Source: Iphione sp. A-MEVVRFRX5 (taxonomy: Eukaryota). Taken from it: a stretch of 64,000 nt of DNA. Positions within the stretch are counted from its first letter, which is position 1. Each line of letters starts with the position of its first letter. The notes beneath the pieces were generated by a model. That model was not told the DNA's origin. It was given only the letters and a program-made list of their open reading frames with translations, and did no database searches. The stretch spans positions 34,100,001-34,164,000 of the forward strand of contig OZ320317.1 of NCBI GenBank assembly GCA_976226885.1, in the 5' to 3' direction. Shown here piece by piece: positions 35,051 through 50,200 of the stretch. A program made the translations under genes and the position numbers.

Positions 35051-36274
35051 TTAATAAACCTTGTCATCGCGCCAAACATCTCATGTTCTACTTAATCATC
35101 TGGTTGTCCTAATTCTCTACAATCCAGTCATTTATAACGTTAGATATTGTCCGTAGTTTTGCTGAAATGGCAGGTCTATATCCTAAATGGCTGGAAGTAT
35201 TATGATATCGTAAACATCATAAAGACATTGTATAATCTCTTTTACCCAGGAATGCCAGAGCCAAGTGTTGTTGGCAAAATTTGCTGTCAATCGTGTGGTG
35301 AATATTGACCCCGTTTGATTCAAAAAGCTTTATTTTTCGACAGTGCTGACGTGTTAGTGATGACTCCAGGATACAAGTGGATTTCCTAGCATAAGTTTTA
35401 TTCAAGATACTTTACGTTTGAGAAGTGTGAACAGGGCATCAACATGAACAATACTAGCATGTCTTGTATATATAGCAAACTGACCGAAGAATGTTATAGT
35501 GTAAAGAGCCCTGTTTTCTTCACAGAATTTCCATGAGTGCAGGTTCTATGCATCTGGATGAGGGTGCGGATTGACCACATAGATTACTGGTCTGTTGGTA
35601 CACGTAAGTGGGTCCATACAACCCACATGCATCGAAAGGCACCGATAGAAAAAGGTTGTATTCCCCACATGTAAAAATAACCCACGTACATGGAAAAGCC
35701 CCCTTATGATCTGAACTCTTTAGTGGTCATGAATTTAACATGTAAGGAAAATTGTAAGCCATCCGGATTGTTATCTGCCCGGAGAATAGATTATAGATAG
35801 CCGTATAGGCGAACCATTCATATTGTATCGTACTGCCTACACTGAGAGGGTATATAAATGCTGATACAAAAAAGGCGCCTGGTTCATTCAATTTAGTATG
35901 GTTTATAGAATTTCGGGAATACATTGGCTGACCAACTCAAGCTGGCAAGCTGACTAGAATAGCACTGGTCCCAACACGTTTAGTGTGCCTCAGGCGCTTG
36001 ATGTATGGGCGGGTCCATACATATGCAGCACAGAGTTGCGTATGTGTATGTGCATAAGCAACAGATGTTCAGCTGCTGGATTGTTCACAAGTATCGATGA
36101 GAAAAGCAAGGAGGACGATAAACTTTTGAGAGGGTTGTTCAAGATGAGACGACTATGTAACTAGAGTGAAACAGGTCAAAGAGAAGTCCACCCAATACGA
36201 AAAGGAAAGATCAAAGTCGACCTCCAACTACATGTAAGATTGGAGAAAATAGAACTTGCGGACACATGACATGA

Positions 36275-36385
36275 AATGTCATGAGATTTGAATGACAAGA
36301 TAGATGTCAGAGATATCATGAGACTTGAATGACACGACAGAAGTTAAAATGTCATGAAGCTTAAATGACACGCTAGAAGTTGAAG
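36275..36385. repeat. Three diverged copies of a 36-37 bp unit
   Basis: TCATGA...AATGACA cores start at 36279, 36316 and 36352. Confidence 0.75.
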
Positions 36386-39300
36386 GTTGAATCTAGTGGA
36401 GCATTCACAAATAGATATATAGCATGAATGAATTGTTTGTGAACACCAAACAGACTTGAGAAACCTTTGCTGAAAAATATTGCCGAGGGGGCACATTGCG
36501 TGTTACTTTGTCCTTTCATATTTCCTGAATTACGTACATGCATTTCACATGTAAAACATGAAAGCCAAACTATATTTGAATTCCAGACAGACTTGGCATA
36601 ACGCATGGACACGAAACGTTGGCATGAAACTAGGTACGGAAACGAGCATATGGTGGCCTTCCAGAGAATCTACTGCTGGTGCAGCTAAATATGTTGTCCT
36701 CTGAAAGGCATAGCTGAATTTCAATGCATGTCGCAAAAAAGGGCATTTCTTTTCTTACAACATCCCATTAGGGAAGCATCTAATATTCTACTGTCAATAT
36801 GCAGTCTAATGGGATAGAACACTCTCACCAGAAACACCTAAGGCAAAATAACTATAGGAAATTATAAAAACTACAATAATATATGTTTTGCAATCTACCA
36901 GTTGAAATGATAATAATAAACCTGTCAGATTAAAACGTTTCTCAATTTTTACACCGCTAGAATCACATCACTTCCCATATGCAAATCTTGTGAGAGTCAT
37001 CTGAGTTACACAAATATTTCTCTAAATGATATATTTTCTGTAGGAGTAGAAAGAATCAAGACTCTGTGTTGCTTCCCATCAGCCAGAGTCATACCAATCC
37101 TACACTCTCACTTTGACCAGTGTATCTCTGCCCACTCCATTTATCAGCTCTGCAAGCAATATACGCCAACATGTCGAATAGGCTTCTTTTTAGATGGCAG
37201 TCTCATTGAATTAGTCTGAGTCTCTGTTTGCCGTAATTACCTCTGACAAACAGTGCCCGGGATTTCATCGCTTTAATCTAATCGCGCAGCCTCCTCCAAT
37301 CAGATTACTCTCCTTTGCTATGATGCAGTAGTTACTGTCAAAGGTATTTTCACATGAAGGCATACAAAGACAGCATTTATCTTGTGTTATTCCACATACT
37401 GCTATGTTCGCTTAATAACCTACGCGCACAATAGTACGAGACACTGTACTGGTAATTTGACGGATGGTTCGAAATCGCCAAGGCTAGGTTCTTTGCTCAT
37501 GATATCCAAGGAATTAATTTTGCTCCTCAGAACTTCCTAATACGTTTTCAGGAAATGGAGTTGATTCTTATATGCACACACGTTAAATGAAAACGTATTT
37601 GACCATTTGCTGTTTATTTTCAGTATATTCGGCAGATTGTTGTGGCGATAGCAAAGCCATTCTGAATTCAGAACATGCTATTCATGGGAACAAGTGGTTA
37701 GTCATGCTTGCCAAATCGTCTTTGACATGCAATTTGGGCAAGAAATGTAGTTCTGCTTCAACACAGAAGTTGAGGCAGTTTTTATTACAAAATCAATAAC
37801 GCTTTTTATAGTAAACGTCACTGGCTACTCTCTTAAAAGAATAGCCTGGTCCAAGCATTAAAGTGTCCTTTTAATCTTTTAGTCTGCAATGCTACAGTTT
37901 GGTGGTGTTCATATTCTTGAGAGCCAAGATGGAAAGCCTCAATATTGATAAATTTGTCCCTTAATTCTAAAGGTGATTTAACTTTCATCATGCCATATCT
38001 CCTAAGAATGATACTTTTCTTAAATGCTGTCATGTTTTCTGCTTAAAACTTGAATGCAACCAGTGTCTCTGCTCCACGTCACGTCAATTTGATGTCATTC
38101 CCCTTCGAATGGTTTCAATCTGAAATATCAGATATTATCATTTAACTGTGTGCCGATGTCTCAAAATACAATCTATTCAAAACTCCTATATCTATATAAC
38201 ATTCAGTTCTGAATATTCCATACTTCGTGCATCTGCCACCAATTTTACCACTTCCCATAACTCTAGGGCTAACCCCCGACCTTACATGACGCATGTGCAG
38301 TTCAGTGAGATGCATTATTTCTTGTGGTACAATCTAGGTTTTGTCATTTTGCCGCAATCCAGGCACCGGTCTGAAACTTAACCTATTTTCCTTAAGCAGA
38401 ATAAACTGTACCGTTGTTTAATCTTTTGTATGTCACACCTGGTAAAATTGTCTCAGTCCCTTACCTATCCTAGATTGAGTAAAAATATTTAGAAGCGTGT
38501 TACTTGTTATGTGTAGGAAATCTATCCATGTTAAGTGTTAAATTTTGATGTTAGGTCCATCAGGTGACTGGAAGTGCCATAAAATAAGCTTGGCCCTCAC
38601 AAAAGCCCATAAAATATGCATAAAAACACCAATTCAATATGTTGATTGTCACTTTTATCATCCTCAATGACATAAGGCAGATTCGATGCTTTCGAAGAAT
38701 ATCTTCTGATATTGCAAAGCCACTTTCTGGTGAATTCAAATGGTATTTTGGTCAGAGAGAGTCAGGCATTAAGATTGCAGGTCTCAGAGTGCATTTTTTT
38801 ACATGAAAGCAAAAGAAGAAGCGTCACCAGAATTCAATTAAACAGTAGAATAAACGGAAATGTTTTTACAGGGAAATACCACTTCCTGAGTGAGGGGAGA
38901 TTTATCATAAAGTCACCTTTCAGTCTTTTAGGAGGCTTACACCACCTGATCTTACATGACCTGCGCTTGTAACGCGAATGTACTATTTTTGTTAACGTGC
39001 CTATTATGCAAAATACATCACATTGCATTCTTAAATTAAATCTCAGGTGATATATGCGATTGACAGGCTCATGCTGTCATGTCTTATTTGACACACAGAC
39101 GCCGACAAGCAAAGTGATAAACTATTCCCAATAGATATAATAAATAATATATACACACCTGTGTCACCAAGTCTCAAAAACAAGAGTCGAATGGAATGCG
39201 TGTAAATCTATGCAATTTATTTGAGGGATTTAATCACATAATCAATCTGATATAATAATTAAAGTGAGCATCAGAAGCTACGGCCTATTTCTCACTGAAT

Positions 39301-42300
39301 GAGAGAGGTTAAACTGTTTCGACGAAAACTGTATTAAACTTTTCTTAACAGAATGAGTCCCTAAGGATAAATCCACACACAGTGGGAGATGCCCCTAATG
39401 ATACAACTGCAAAGGTCTGGGATTTCTCCCTGGGGGGTCCATGGCCATATGCTAACAAGCATTTCGATTCAGTAGCGTAGTTATTCTGGAGGTAATTATT
39501 TTCTCACATGTGAGTTTTGCTTAGTTCACACGAACTAATATTCTGATTCCCTTTCTTATAATATCTACAATTGTGAATTAAGCGATTGTTTGCTTCGCTA
39601 AAACAAGGAAATGGCAAGGTTATATACGTATAATCCTGTCCCATTATGTCCCATTCGTAGTGCACAGAGATCTCCAGGCAGTCAGCGAGGATCATGGAGA
39701 GCCCAAAACGCTAAATAATGATTCTTAACCATTCATGAACACCAGCAAAATACATACAAGGCCACAAATACGTAAACAGTTCTCTATAGCCCGTATCTCC
39801 GAACAACATATCTGTATTTAAGTATTCCAAGGTATGTCCATTGAAGTAATTCGTTAGATGTTAATTGCTAAGATGGATCTGTATCTCACGGATACAGCTT
39901 ACAAACTTACAAACATATTCGTACACAAAGATCCAAGGTGCTCCCAAACCTCGACTATAAACATAGTTACAAACCAAAGCCAACTATCCCACAGTTTGCA
40001 GTGACATATTCCCTACGGGTTACTACACGCAGGCATACATGTACACACACTCGCCACGTGTGATACCTTCATGTCCTAATGGGAATTAATATTTCATTTA
40101 TCAACCCCAGTTCTAAAGGTGTATCTGCCTAATATGATGTAGTACCGACTTAGTCGTGCCCTGGTTCTACATTAATTTGGCCTTACAGGTGGCAAGTGCG
40201 GCTAGATTTATCACAGAGGGACTATGTCATGGGGCCGATTGTTTTTGTTTAAGTCTACATGGGAATAGAGAGGTAGCTTATAGGAGCTTAGGGAACTGGC
40301 GTGAGAGGAATAGCGTAAGAGCCACCCGGCGTAGCCCCCCCCCCTTCCCGTCGTGCTTCGTCAGACGGTCTTCAGATTTAAGTCCGATTGAACTTATCGG
40401 TAACTTAAATGCAATGCACAAAAGCAGATCAAGAATGACTATTGGAAGAACGTCTCTCTTCCTTTGCTTTTTGGTCAGTATGCATCACGGAGTTCTAACA
40501 TTAATCAGGTACGTCTGATCCGACTTAAAGGCTATAATTAGACAGATTTCTTTTTCAATTGAATATCACAATTTCTATTTTTGTGTGCTTCACGTATCCA
40601 CAACAGAATTATTTGAACAACGTACTGTTCCAAGTTTTTTTATTCTGCAACAAAGTACAATGTAAGGCAGTGTTTTCGAGTAAACATGAGAGATCGACAT
40701 CTCCAAGATATGACCTTTTCCGTATAACCTTTAGAGGTAATGCAACTATCCTGAACAGTAGAGGTCAACATTTCACCTGCAAGAGGGCTCGGTAAAGAAA
40801 CGAGAGAGTCACACAGAGACAGAGACAGAAAAGGGGAAAGCGTAAAATAGACTGAAAGGAAGAGTATGCCTAAAGCGTCTTATTTGTGAGAAAGAAAGAA
40901 CAGTGTTGGACTTGGCGATATTTTAGGAACCCAGGGTGAAGCAAAGGAAGTGTCATATTCAACACCATGTAAGCTTATCATCAGATGTAATGGTCTATCT
41001 CCCACAGGAAAACATCATAATAGCTAATAGTTTCCCTTGTTCACTCTAAGATCAGTGGCTTTCGATTTCAAGCCCTGTTTTTCCAGCTTAGTGAAGGTCC
41101 ACAAATCGCTGTACACTTGTCTCTCTTGAAAGTCTCATTATTGTTAAAGCAAATGAAATAAGTGCGTATGTGACACGGTATGGAGGCTTGTAAAAATATC
41201 AGAAACTGTAAATATTTCTGTAAGTCCGATCATCTCTATGTTTAATTGCTGGTTACTAGTTCGGATATTATGGACTCTGTGCCCTTACTATCTGTGTTTT
41301 AGCACTATTAACCGTGGTGTCTTATTCATTTGGAAATATGTAGACTGCTTGTATTCATATGTACATGTACTGTAGAGTGTCTGGGTATTCCCAAGCATCT
41401 GGTCATCCTAACTATACTCTGTGACCCCTGTACTGGCGGAGCAGCTATGGTGCTTGGGTACTCCGAAGCATCTAGTAGGGAATTCTTGGTCTCTGATTTA
41501 TTCGAAGCATCCTATTTTAAGTAACTACTTGTGACTTTGTAGCTTATCTATTTTTAGCCTACACCTGCAATACTGTAACTAAATTGGAGCTATTTTTAGA
41601 ACTCCCAAGGAAGGACTGTAGCATTTCCCTTCCAAATCTTATCAGGGAACAAACCCACTTGGAATACTTTAATGGTGGACACTTGGATTAAAGATCGAGA
41701 TATTAGTCGAGTTACTAAGGCAATCTGATAGGGAACAACAGCTGTATTACCAAGTGGGAGGGACAACAAACGCGCTATTTCAGTACTTTCTTTGGCTACA
41801 CTCTTTTTTGCTTTCATGTCAATATAGTGCTTTGTTTAGCAAATGTCGTATTTTTATTGAATTAGTCTACCATCCAAGTATGTCCATATTTATATTACTT
41901 TAATTTGTTTCCTTATTTCGTTCCCCTTATCTTCACTGGAAGATGACCCGGATACACCTCTATGTAAGTAGGAGAAGAGAATAAAATAGTATCACAGTAT
42001 ACCATATTGAATACGTGTTGACTCTTATCTTGAAGAACCTTTAAATGAAAATTTGATTAAACCAATGACCCACATGCAGCAAAGAAGTATTAAAAATATT
42101 GTATTTTATTAAGAAATACAATTAAAGATGGCTTACTTCGTCTCGAAGTCATTGTATCAATAACACAACTGAAACTTAAATCAATATTGAAATAACACGT
42201 GTGATACTTCCAATCCTCCTGTAGATCCTATGTCAAAGTCTGGAGAATTCAGGCTTCACGTAACTAGTCAACCTGAGGTCATGCACCGAGATTTCGGAAG

Positions 42301-43404
42301 TGGCATCTGCCATTTAGGCAGACAGGATTGTTCATTAATATTTATGAGATTCAGCCATGGTAACAAGAGCCGTTTTGCTGGGATAGTAAAGGAGGCATCT
42401 TTCAACAGAGTCAACTTCACCTTTATTTGTAAAATCTTGAAAAACCCTGTTGGTCCAGTGGTGTACCAGCACCTACATAACTGACATAACATAAGTAATC
42501 TTATCTTGTAGTACCGGATTTGACGAGACAATACTGTGTCCATATACTGCAGTAAGTAATCTAGATGCTTTCTTTTTATAAACATCGCCGGGAAATAGAA
42601 GTGGTCCAAAAATGGCCATGAAAAAGATCTGCACGATTCCTGGTACTTCCGAGAATAGTTCCTGGGCATGACGGTCTTTCCTTCCCTCTGTACCTCTATT
42701 GATAATCCCATAGAAGCATGTAACCATGTGGTAAAGACGCAATTACTCTCTGAATGTAAAGGCGCCATTAATAATAGGACAAACGTATGTATTTTGTAGG
42801 AGTCTATGTCTTATTAATAGAGCTTTTCACAAATCGTTATGTCTGTTGTGCTGTTGGACATCTTAGTATATCGTCAGGAAATAATGGTAAATAGAACACG
42901 GTACTATCAGATGCAGTCTTTAACACCAAGATAACACTAATATCAACAGGAAATCCTCGGCAAATGTTCTTCAGGAAGACAGAACCCATCACGTGTCCGG
43001 TATATTCATCACGGAGACGTCAAGACCACATGCTAAATTCGACAATTAATAGAGCTTAATCCTTCTGCAAGAAAGTCTTTTCATCTACTGTTGGTCTCAG
43101 GGTAATTCAGATCCAATTAACAGAAGGTATAATCATAAACACGGTCTGTCCAAAACCAATATTAATTACGGACAATAACAGATATTACATTTTGTCCTTT
43201 TTGCCTACGTGTTGAGTGTCCTCAACTAGATATCTAGAAACTTGGACTGCGCGTGACACGAAAAGTCCGCCTTACATAAAACCAGAGATGATTACAGTGA
43301 GGGGCCAACATCCATGATCGTGTCAGTATACTCTTTCACAATGTTTAGCTTGCTTTGGTACTATTCTGTAAGACTTAGGATGTAATCTCTTGGACACTGA
43401 ATTA

Positions 43405-43880
43405 GCAGACAGGCCTTGATGTCCATAAGGCAGATACTAATTTTAAACAAGCAGTACACACTGACAACAATGCCTTGCAACGTAATTTTCCAACTTTTTT
43501 TTCCAAGTGGGACAAATAGCTTCGTGCACGAAAGAGGAATCTTAATGACTTGAATCAATTTCTTCAATCTGACATTAACTGGAATTGTTTCAGTGTGCCA
43601 GAATCTCTTTTGTAGTTTCTATTCGTATCAATAAGAAAGAACAAGTTGTGGGACTATACACTGTAAACCGCACAAAGATTAATAATAGGCCAAAATACTC
43701 TGAGCAAAGGATGCAGTTAGACAGTCTACAATTTCCAATTAACGGTAGCTATACCGCCTAATGCAATCATGTTCAAATGTATTTCGCAGCATTCAACAGG
43801 CTTATACAGGAAGCCACGTTCTACATCTTATATGCTGATGCGAGACAAATCCTTATTGATTGCTGAATACGGCATACGCT
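43405..43880 (+). pseudogene. Possible decayed Helitron/Helentron RepHel fragment
   Basis: RNFPTF/FPSGTNSFVHERGILMT (needs removal of one T from the T8 run at 43495-43502) resembles the Rep N-terminal FPxLFPxG motif. Downstream KEQVV and GLYRKPRSTSY...LLIAEYG loosely resemble the RGxxxYW...MIxxxG region. Several frameshifts. Confidence 0.35.
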
Positions 43881-44195
43881 CAGCACTGAATTTAAAGGTT
43901 AATACGCGGCCAATATCAAGACATACGTGTGTTGGGTAGTGCTAAACCTTCCTGTATGAAGTACAGATAGTACCGATAAGCTCTTGTAATATTTTTTCTA
44001 TTTTCATATAGCACTCTAGTAGTCCTGCCAGCTCTCCCCACGTCACATGTAGATATATACTCTCTGTGAGGCTCTTGCTATGATTTCACTCAGAACTACC
44101 ACCCATGAGACTCGGTGACCTCGGGTATGATGTTCCTCTGGCTCAATAACTTTATATTCAATGCAACTCCGTGTTAACCAAGCAGACCTCACCTA

Positions 44196-44290
44196 GACAC
44201 ACACACATACACACACACTCATTCACTCACTCGCTCACTCAAACACGCACGTACACACAGGCGCATGCTCGCTCGCTCACACACACACAG
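44196..44290. repeat. Imperfect (CA)n/(CACT)n/(CGCT)n microsatellite
   Basis: Direct reading. Confidence 0.85.
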
Positions 44291-47200
44291 GCACTAGCAC
44301 ATCTTAGAATTACTTCCCAGGTGATCTTTATGACGATTTGACGACAAATATTTCAGTTCAAACATGTCCCTGAGCGTGTCTCGGTGGCTATGAAGCGGAA
44401 GCCTTGGGTAATTCTAACCCGTCGTTAAACACGACATATTAGCCGGAATTAGGATGGTAACGGCCCGCAACTCCATCCCCCCGGTCGCTTTAATTGGCGT
44501 ATTTGCCACCAGAGGGAATTGAATCTCCCGAAATATCTTAATGAAGTCGGCGGACCAGTCAATACCATCTAGGAACACGACGCAGTATTTGCACCATTTT
44601 GCTTGAGTTAATCACTCGATTTTGAAACCATATTACTGCTTGGTTGGTGTCGGGTTTATGGCATTACTTGACACGTTCAATACACGTGTCCTCTCAATTT
44701 TCATTCCTTCTTCTAATTCCCTCCACCCCCGCCCTGAAGGATAGATTCCATTCGTCGGGTTCGTTGATTTGTGAGATAGGAAGCAACGTGCAGGCATGGA
44801 AGAAAGTAAAGGAGAGAAAATTGATCGAGGAGGAGAAGAAGGACAGGGAATACAGTGCAAGGATGATTGAATGAAGACGATGTGGACGAAGGGATCTCTT
44901 AAACATAATTGCCAGGAGGCGCCATGGTGCCGAGTAACTTTCAGTTGGCTCCCAACGTGTTACTGAAGACTCAGCTTGGAGGTACACACAGTGATTAAAT
45001 TCCTGACATTTTCATACCACCAAAACATGAAAGACGTAGTCTAAGCATCAACAGCTAAGTAGACATTCTGAATAAGACAAAGAAAATGTTTTGTCTCCTC
45101 TGCCAACAACTGCGACATTTATGGTATGCAAAACTATATATAATATATACCTTGCATGCTATTGCCGAGATTGCTTTCTCACGAACTACCTGATGGCTTC
45201 TCTGGCCATGTATATTACGTTTCTCGCATTACACTGGGAAAAAAACTTAATTTGATATAATACCACACTGCTGCATCATTAAATGCATTAACGGAATGCA
45301 AAACCCGATAATGAATCCTCAAAATATAATTGCTGAGGTCATTTCAATAAACGCATATTTTATCATAAATTCTGCGGGTAAAACAGTCATGGAACACACT
45401 GGTCGTGATGTGTGCATAGCCCTTACTACCAACGATGAGGGAGAGGAAAATTTGCCTTCGACTAGGAATTACATGGAGCTACCGGCCAGCCTGACGGTCG
45501 TAGGAATTGAAGGAAATATGGCAGTTTGGAGCGCAGAGGTGATTACTGGCTTGTCGACATCTTGACTAATCTCCTTGCTGGCTTCCAGGGGAGGACGTGA
45601 GCGAATGCGGGGTGAATAGGCGCTTGGAAAGTTTTACGCGTCTGCGTGTGTATGATTGTCGGTAGCTAAGCCGGGTATGTGCTAAGATTCTCCGTGCTGT
45701 TTCTTACATGCCTGTTTTATAGTCTGCTTTCTTTTGTTTAAATTTCAAAAAGGTAAAGAACGAATGACAGAGAAAGAGAAAGTGAAAGGCTACAAGAGAA
45801 GGTGGTCATGGGACTTGCACATATATATGTCGAAAGGAGAAATCAATCAGTTGTCTAAGGCGGTGCATTGGTTGGGATAGAATAATTAAACTCAACAAGA
45901 ATGGGGAAGAGATGGGGAGGAGAAGGTGAAGGGAAAAGAGAAAGAAGGAGAGGAAGAGAGAAAGAGTGAGGGGGGGGATTATGGCAGAGGAAATAAATCA
46001 TGGCAGAGGAAATAGTGTGGTCGCTTATCAATAACTTAGATTTCAATAGGTAATAAAGATGGACAAACTCACAGAAAGACAGACAAGTACGTACAGAGGA
46101 TGAGCTACCATCACATTTGTTATACAGAAAGTTGAAAAGACAGATTTAATGAAACTGGTAAGCACAGATTACGATAGAGATAAAATATGCTTATGGGAAG
46201 AGACGCGCCAACACAGCGTTTCCATTGGGAAAGAAGGAAGACAGCTGACCTAGCATCCTCCCCAGCTCCTTTCAGAAAATCAAAATGGAGCTTCAATTCC
46301 GAAACGGAGAAAGATAAGATCAAATGAAAGAAACTAACGATGAGGTGATCTTTGCTTCGGAGGAGCTCTGCCTCGACAGCGGCTATGCTACACGAAGGTG
46401 TGATGTGAATCGTTTCACGAAATCCTCGATGATGTAAAAATAAGAGGAAAAATGTTTCAAATATGACGGTCGTCCAATATGAACTATATCGGGCCTATCG
46501 GTCATGTATGGGCATGCCTTGTCAGAGACAAGCGGGGAATTAAATGAGTGCCGACAAATACCTCCAATAGATATGTCCCCGGCGAACGGCCTCAGCCCCG
46601 CTATTCAATTTGCATATCTAAATCACTCGCCGGTTCATCGACAGAGGGCGCCTTGCCTCCGACATCCTGTCGGCAACTTCCTGTTTTGATTTCCGGCCTA
46701 ACTTTGTGCATCGCATCGATGGTTTTGGGAGGGGGGATTTATTTTGTGAACACGCGAGATAGAATATTCAAGATAACTTAAATTACTTTGGTCCAGCGCA
46801 TTTCCTCTAATTAACATATGGTTTGATTTTAATGTTTGGCCTCTTTTAGACTTCAGTAGCTAAGAGTACACATCCACACCTAGACCAATGAAGTATTCAT
46901 GTATGACAAGATAAAATCAGAAACTTTATATTTATCTATATTGCATACTGTCAGGTGATTCCTAGACACATTCGTCACACTTACAAGCAGACATATAAAT
47001 ACTATCAGAGTACCCAAAATCTCATGATCTCTCCTGGTCCTCCTCATAGGTAAACATCCTCACCCATGCTATTACCCATGATATTCTGCTTCTGAAGGGC
47101 GAATATCGTGCAAACATATTACGTGCAAACGCTCATAATCTCTTCTCAACTCGGTGGGGATTTCCAGTTTCACCCAAATGTACACACTGAAGTATGTTTA

Positions 47201-50200
47201 CTGGCTACAGAGCAATGGGCTGGAAAGCAAATATTAAAACTGCTTTTGATGTCTCGAGCAATATATGTAAGACGATAAGAATTTATTACAATATTTAGAT
47301 TAAAAGAAGGTCAAAAAAGAAACAACCAAGCAAAAGCGTATGTTACTACATGTATTAAACTTGTCCTACCGTAATTCGGATCTTATTGCAACAATTGGCG
47401 CATCTGTTTGATTCTCTGGTCTTTCCACGTGTGAACAGCTTGTTTTCATTGCAGGTTCACAGTCTCGATACCTCAGTACCTAACATTATATTATATTTAT
47501 GCATATGTGAATGTTCATCGCTTTTCCTTTCAGAATTTTGATTTTTCCACTAGCTCACCGCCTACCTACATAGAGAAATCTGTAGGAATTATTTGTAAAG
47601 AGAGGTCAGTATTGTACAGACATTCAAGTTTTCCTCATTTGTTTTCACTCTGCGAATTCCCTGTAAATTCGAAAATATTTTGGACATCAAACAGCATCCA
47701 TTTGAGCCAGTTGGCGGATCTGCGTGCTAATCTCCGAATCCACTATAAAAAGAGGATAGAAAAGAATGGCAGTTTGAGACCTCTAGACCCTTAATTTCAT
47801 CCATTGACCTCCTCTTTATTGTGTTTTCAACTGCCGGTCCTGAATGTTCATAGTTCGACTTGCCCTGACATATTCTGAACTGTTTTACTCCGAGTTCTTA
47901 TTTGTTTTCGGGTCCAGGGTCCCTTGACTAATCTTCGTCTCGTCAGAAATACACTTTTTAAGTGGCCCTTCTAGTCAAACTAGCCCTTGGGATGATTAAA
48001 TCTTGGCAGTATGCTGAGAACGAGAACAGGAGTGGAAAGTCGTGCATAGTGCTCTTTATTAAGTTACACAAGAGATCTATGACATTTGAAAACACTTAGG
48101 ATCACCATCGGAGGAATAAAGTAAACCATCAGGTAATCACTCCGTGTGTGCAGATGTATCGGTGTTTGCGTGTTAGGGTTAATGGAGCTACATAGATTCG
48201 AAATCGATGAACATTTTAATGATAATGCACGATCTATTAGCCGATGAATGAGGAGAGCAACAAACCGCCAACTGGGGAGAGGAGAGCAAGTAGGCCTCTC
48301 CACAGTGCACAAAGACCAAGTAGGGAGAGGGCCAACTCAAAGACAGGCGGGCTCGAAGCTTGCAGACATTTGCCTAATACTTTACAACGTTAATCATGAT
48401 GAGTATTTATGGAAACCGACTTTTGAAAATTGAACATTAACGTTCTAGTTTACTATTAGGATGATGGCACTGAGTCTTGATCGTTACAAAAAAAGTATGA
48501 TTTAGAAAAAAAAACGAGCCGACTATTATTCTAAATGGAAACAGCCTTGGTTTTGTGCATGAAAACTCTTATTGAAGGCGAGGTTGGCAATTGGAATGAG
48601 GAATAAGGCCAACTTAATGTTTATCCCTTTTATCCTAGTAATAACCAAGTACTCGCCAACTGGATGTAACGTTCGACGGACAGTGGATCAAGCCAATCAG
48701 AACATGTCATAACGCAGCAATGAACCGATAGATACTAGTGAAGTGGTATATTACATTGATTGGCTGACAATGTCATAAGGATACTACTTATCTCGTCATT
48801 TGCCGAACGTTAACTGTATAAGCGGTGTGCATGTTCCTATGAGGACCTCGCTAGAATAACATTGAGTAACAAACCAAACTCATAACTCATAGACATTTCT
48901 ACTTTATTTGCTTATCGGTAATTGACTACTAGCTAATTAGAACAGTCGAAATTTTAGGTATGACTATATATGTTAACGTTCCCAGTTACAAATATTTTTC
49001 TAATTTTCTCGAACGTCTTATCGGTATGATAAACAATACAGGTCTGCAGGGGTGGTCACTGCTTTTTTGCGATTTATTGTAAATAATGCTAAAGATTTCA
49101 AATAATGTAGTCTCTTTCTCCTCATAAGCCCCAGTTCCGTACCTGCATTAGGCATCTATGTGCTTTAGAATGTGTTAGGATGCACTGGTGTGCGTTTAAA
49201 TTATCAAACATCTTAATGTGTGTGTTGGGGTGCATAAGGTAAACCTCTACGCTCCTATCAAATAGCCTAGGCAGCAGAACAGGTTCATTTATCAATTCTA
49301 CTGCTATCCATTGCTGATAACTCAGCCATGCTAATGAGCTGAGATGAGCACTTGGTTGTAAAGGCAGCTACTGGTTCAGCTCCAACAGGGTAGGACAAGG
49401 AAACAGTTAAAAACGGATGTGAGCAGGATATAAACATACATGTATTCCAGAATACACCCATTAGATGGATAAAAGTTACGACGCCTAAGATTGTAAAAAA
49501 AAAAGAGCCATCCAGTCGGACAGCATTATTCTTATACTCCCTTATGACAGGTGGCTCTACCAGGTGGTGAAAGATAACACTATACCAATGGGCCAGAGAA
49601 AAAGGCGAAGGGAAAGATGGGGAGACAGAAAATGAACAACGGGGAAGAATGTGCACGTACATATATAAGTTCATCTTGTTTTGGCAGACCTGCATTCAAT
49701 ACGATAACTTTATGTGTCCTTCTATCTAATAAGATTTCCATTTCTTAAAGATTTTTTCCTAAATGAAATAAAGTGTGCTGAGAGACAGAAGCCCCCGAAG
49801 TGAGGAACAAAAGTCTGAAAGGCCGCTCCCAGAGGTTGCGGCTTTTTTCTAATTCCGTTTTTGTGCGTTTTTGGTTGGAGGGGAAAGTCATCTTGATTAG
49901 TTTCTGACGCTGAAATCATTGTAAAAGTTGAGCGCAAAAGCCACAGGAAAAATCCGGCAAAAAAGAAAATGGCACAATGTCCCTTTGGGAGGTTAAAAAT
50001 TAGTTTTACTGCCCCTTGAAGCAGAAGAAGCGGGGAAGTTAAAACTGGATGATTATTGATTAACGTAGCCATGTGGTTCTTGTCTCTTATTGTCTAAACT
50101 GTAAGACATTTGGGGTACGAACCATTGAATTATCAGTTCCCTAGTCCTTTAAAGGGGTGGACGCGAATTAAAAGTAACACCGGGTGTCCCACAAAGTCTA

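Noticed and set aside
37860-38100. Minus-strand FLGDM..KLNHL..G.N resembling an hAT transposase C-terminal motif
   Set aside because: Many stops and wrong spacing to the upstream RWLSRG-like motif.
41640-41780. GNLIGNNSCITKWEGQQ resembling a sushi/CCP domain
   Set aside because: Key cysteines are absent, there are multiple stops and no splice sites.
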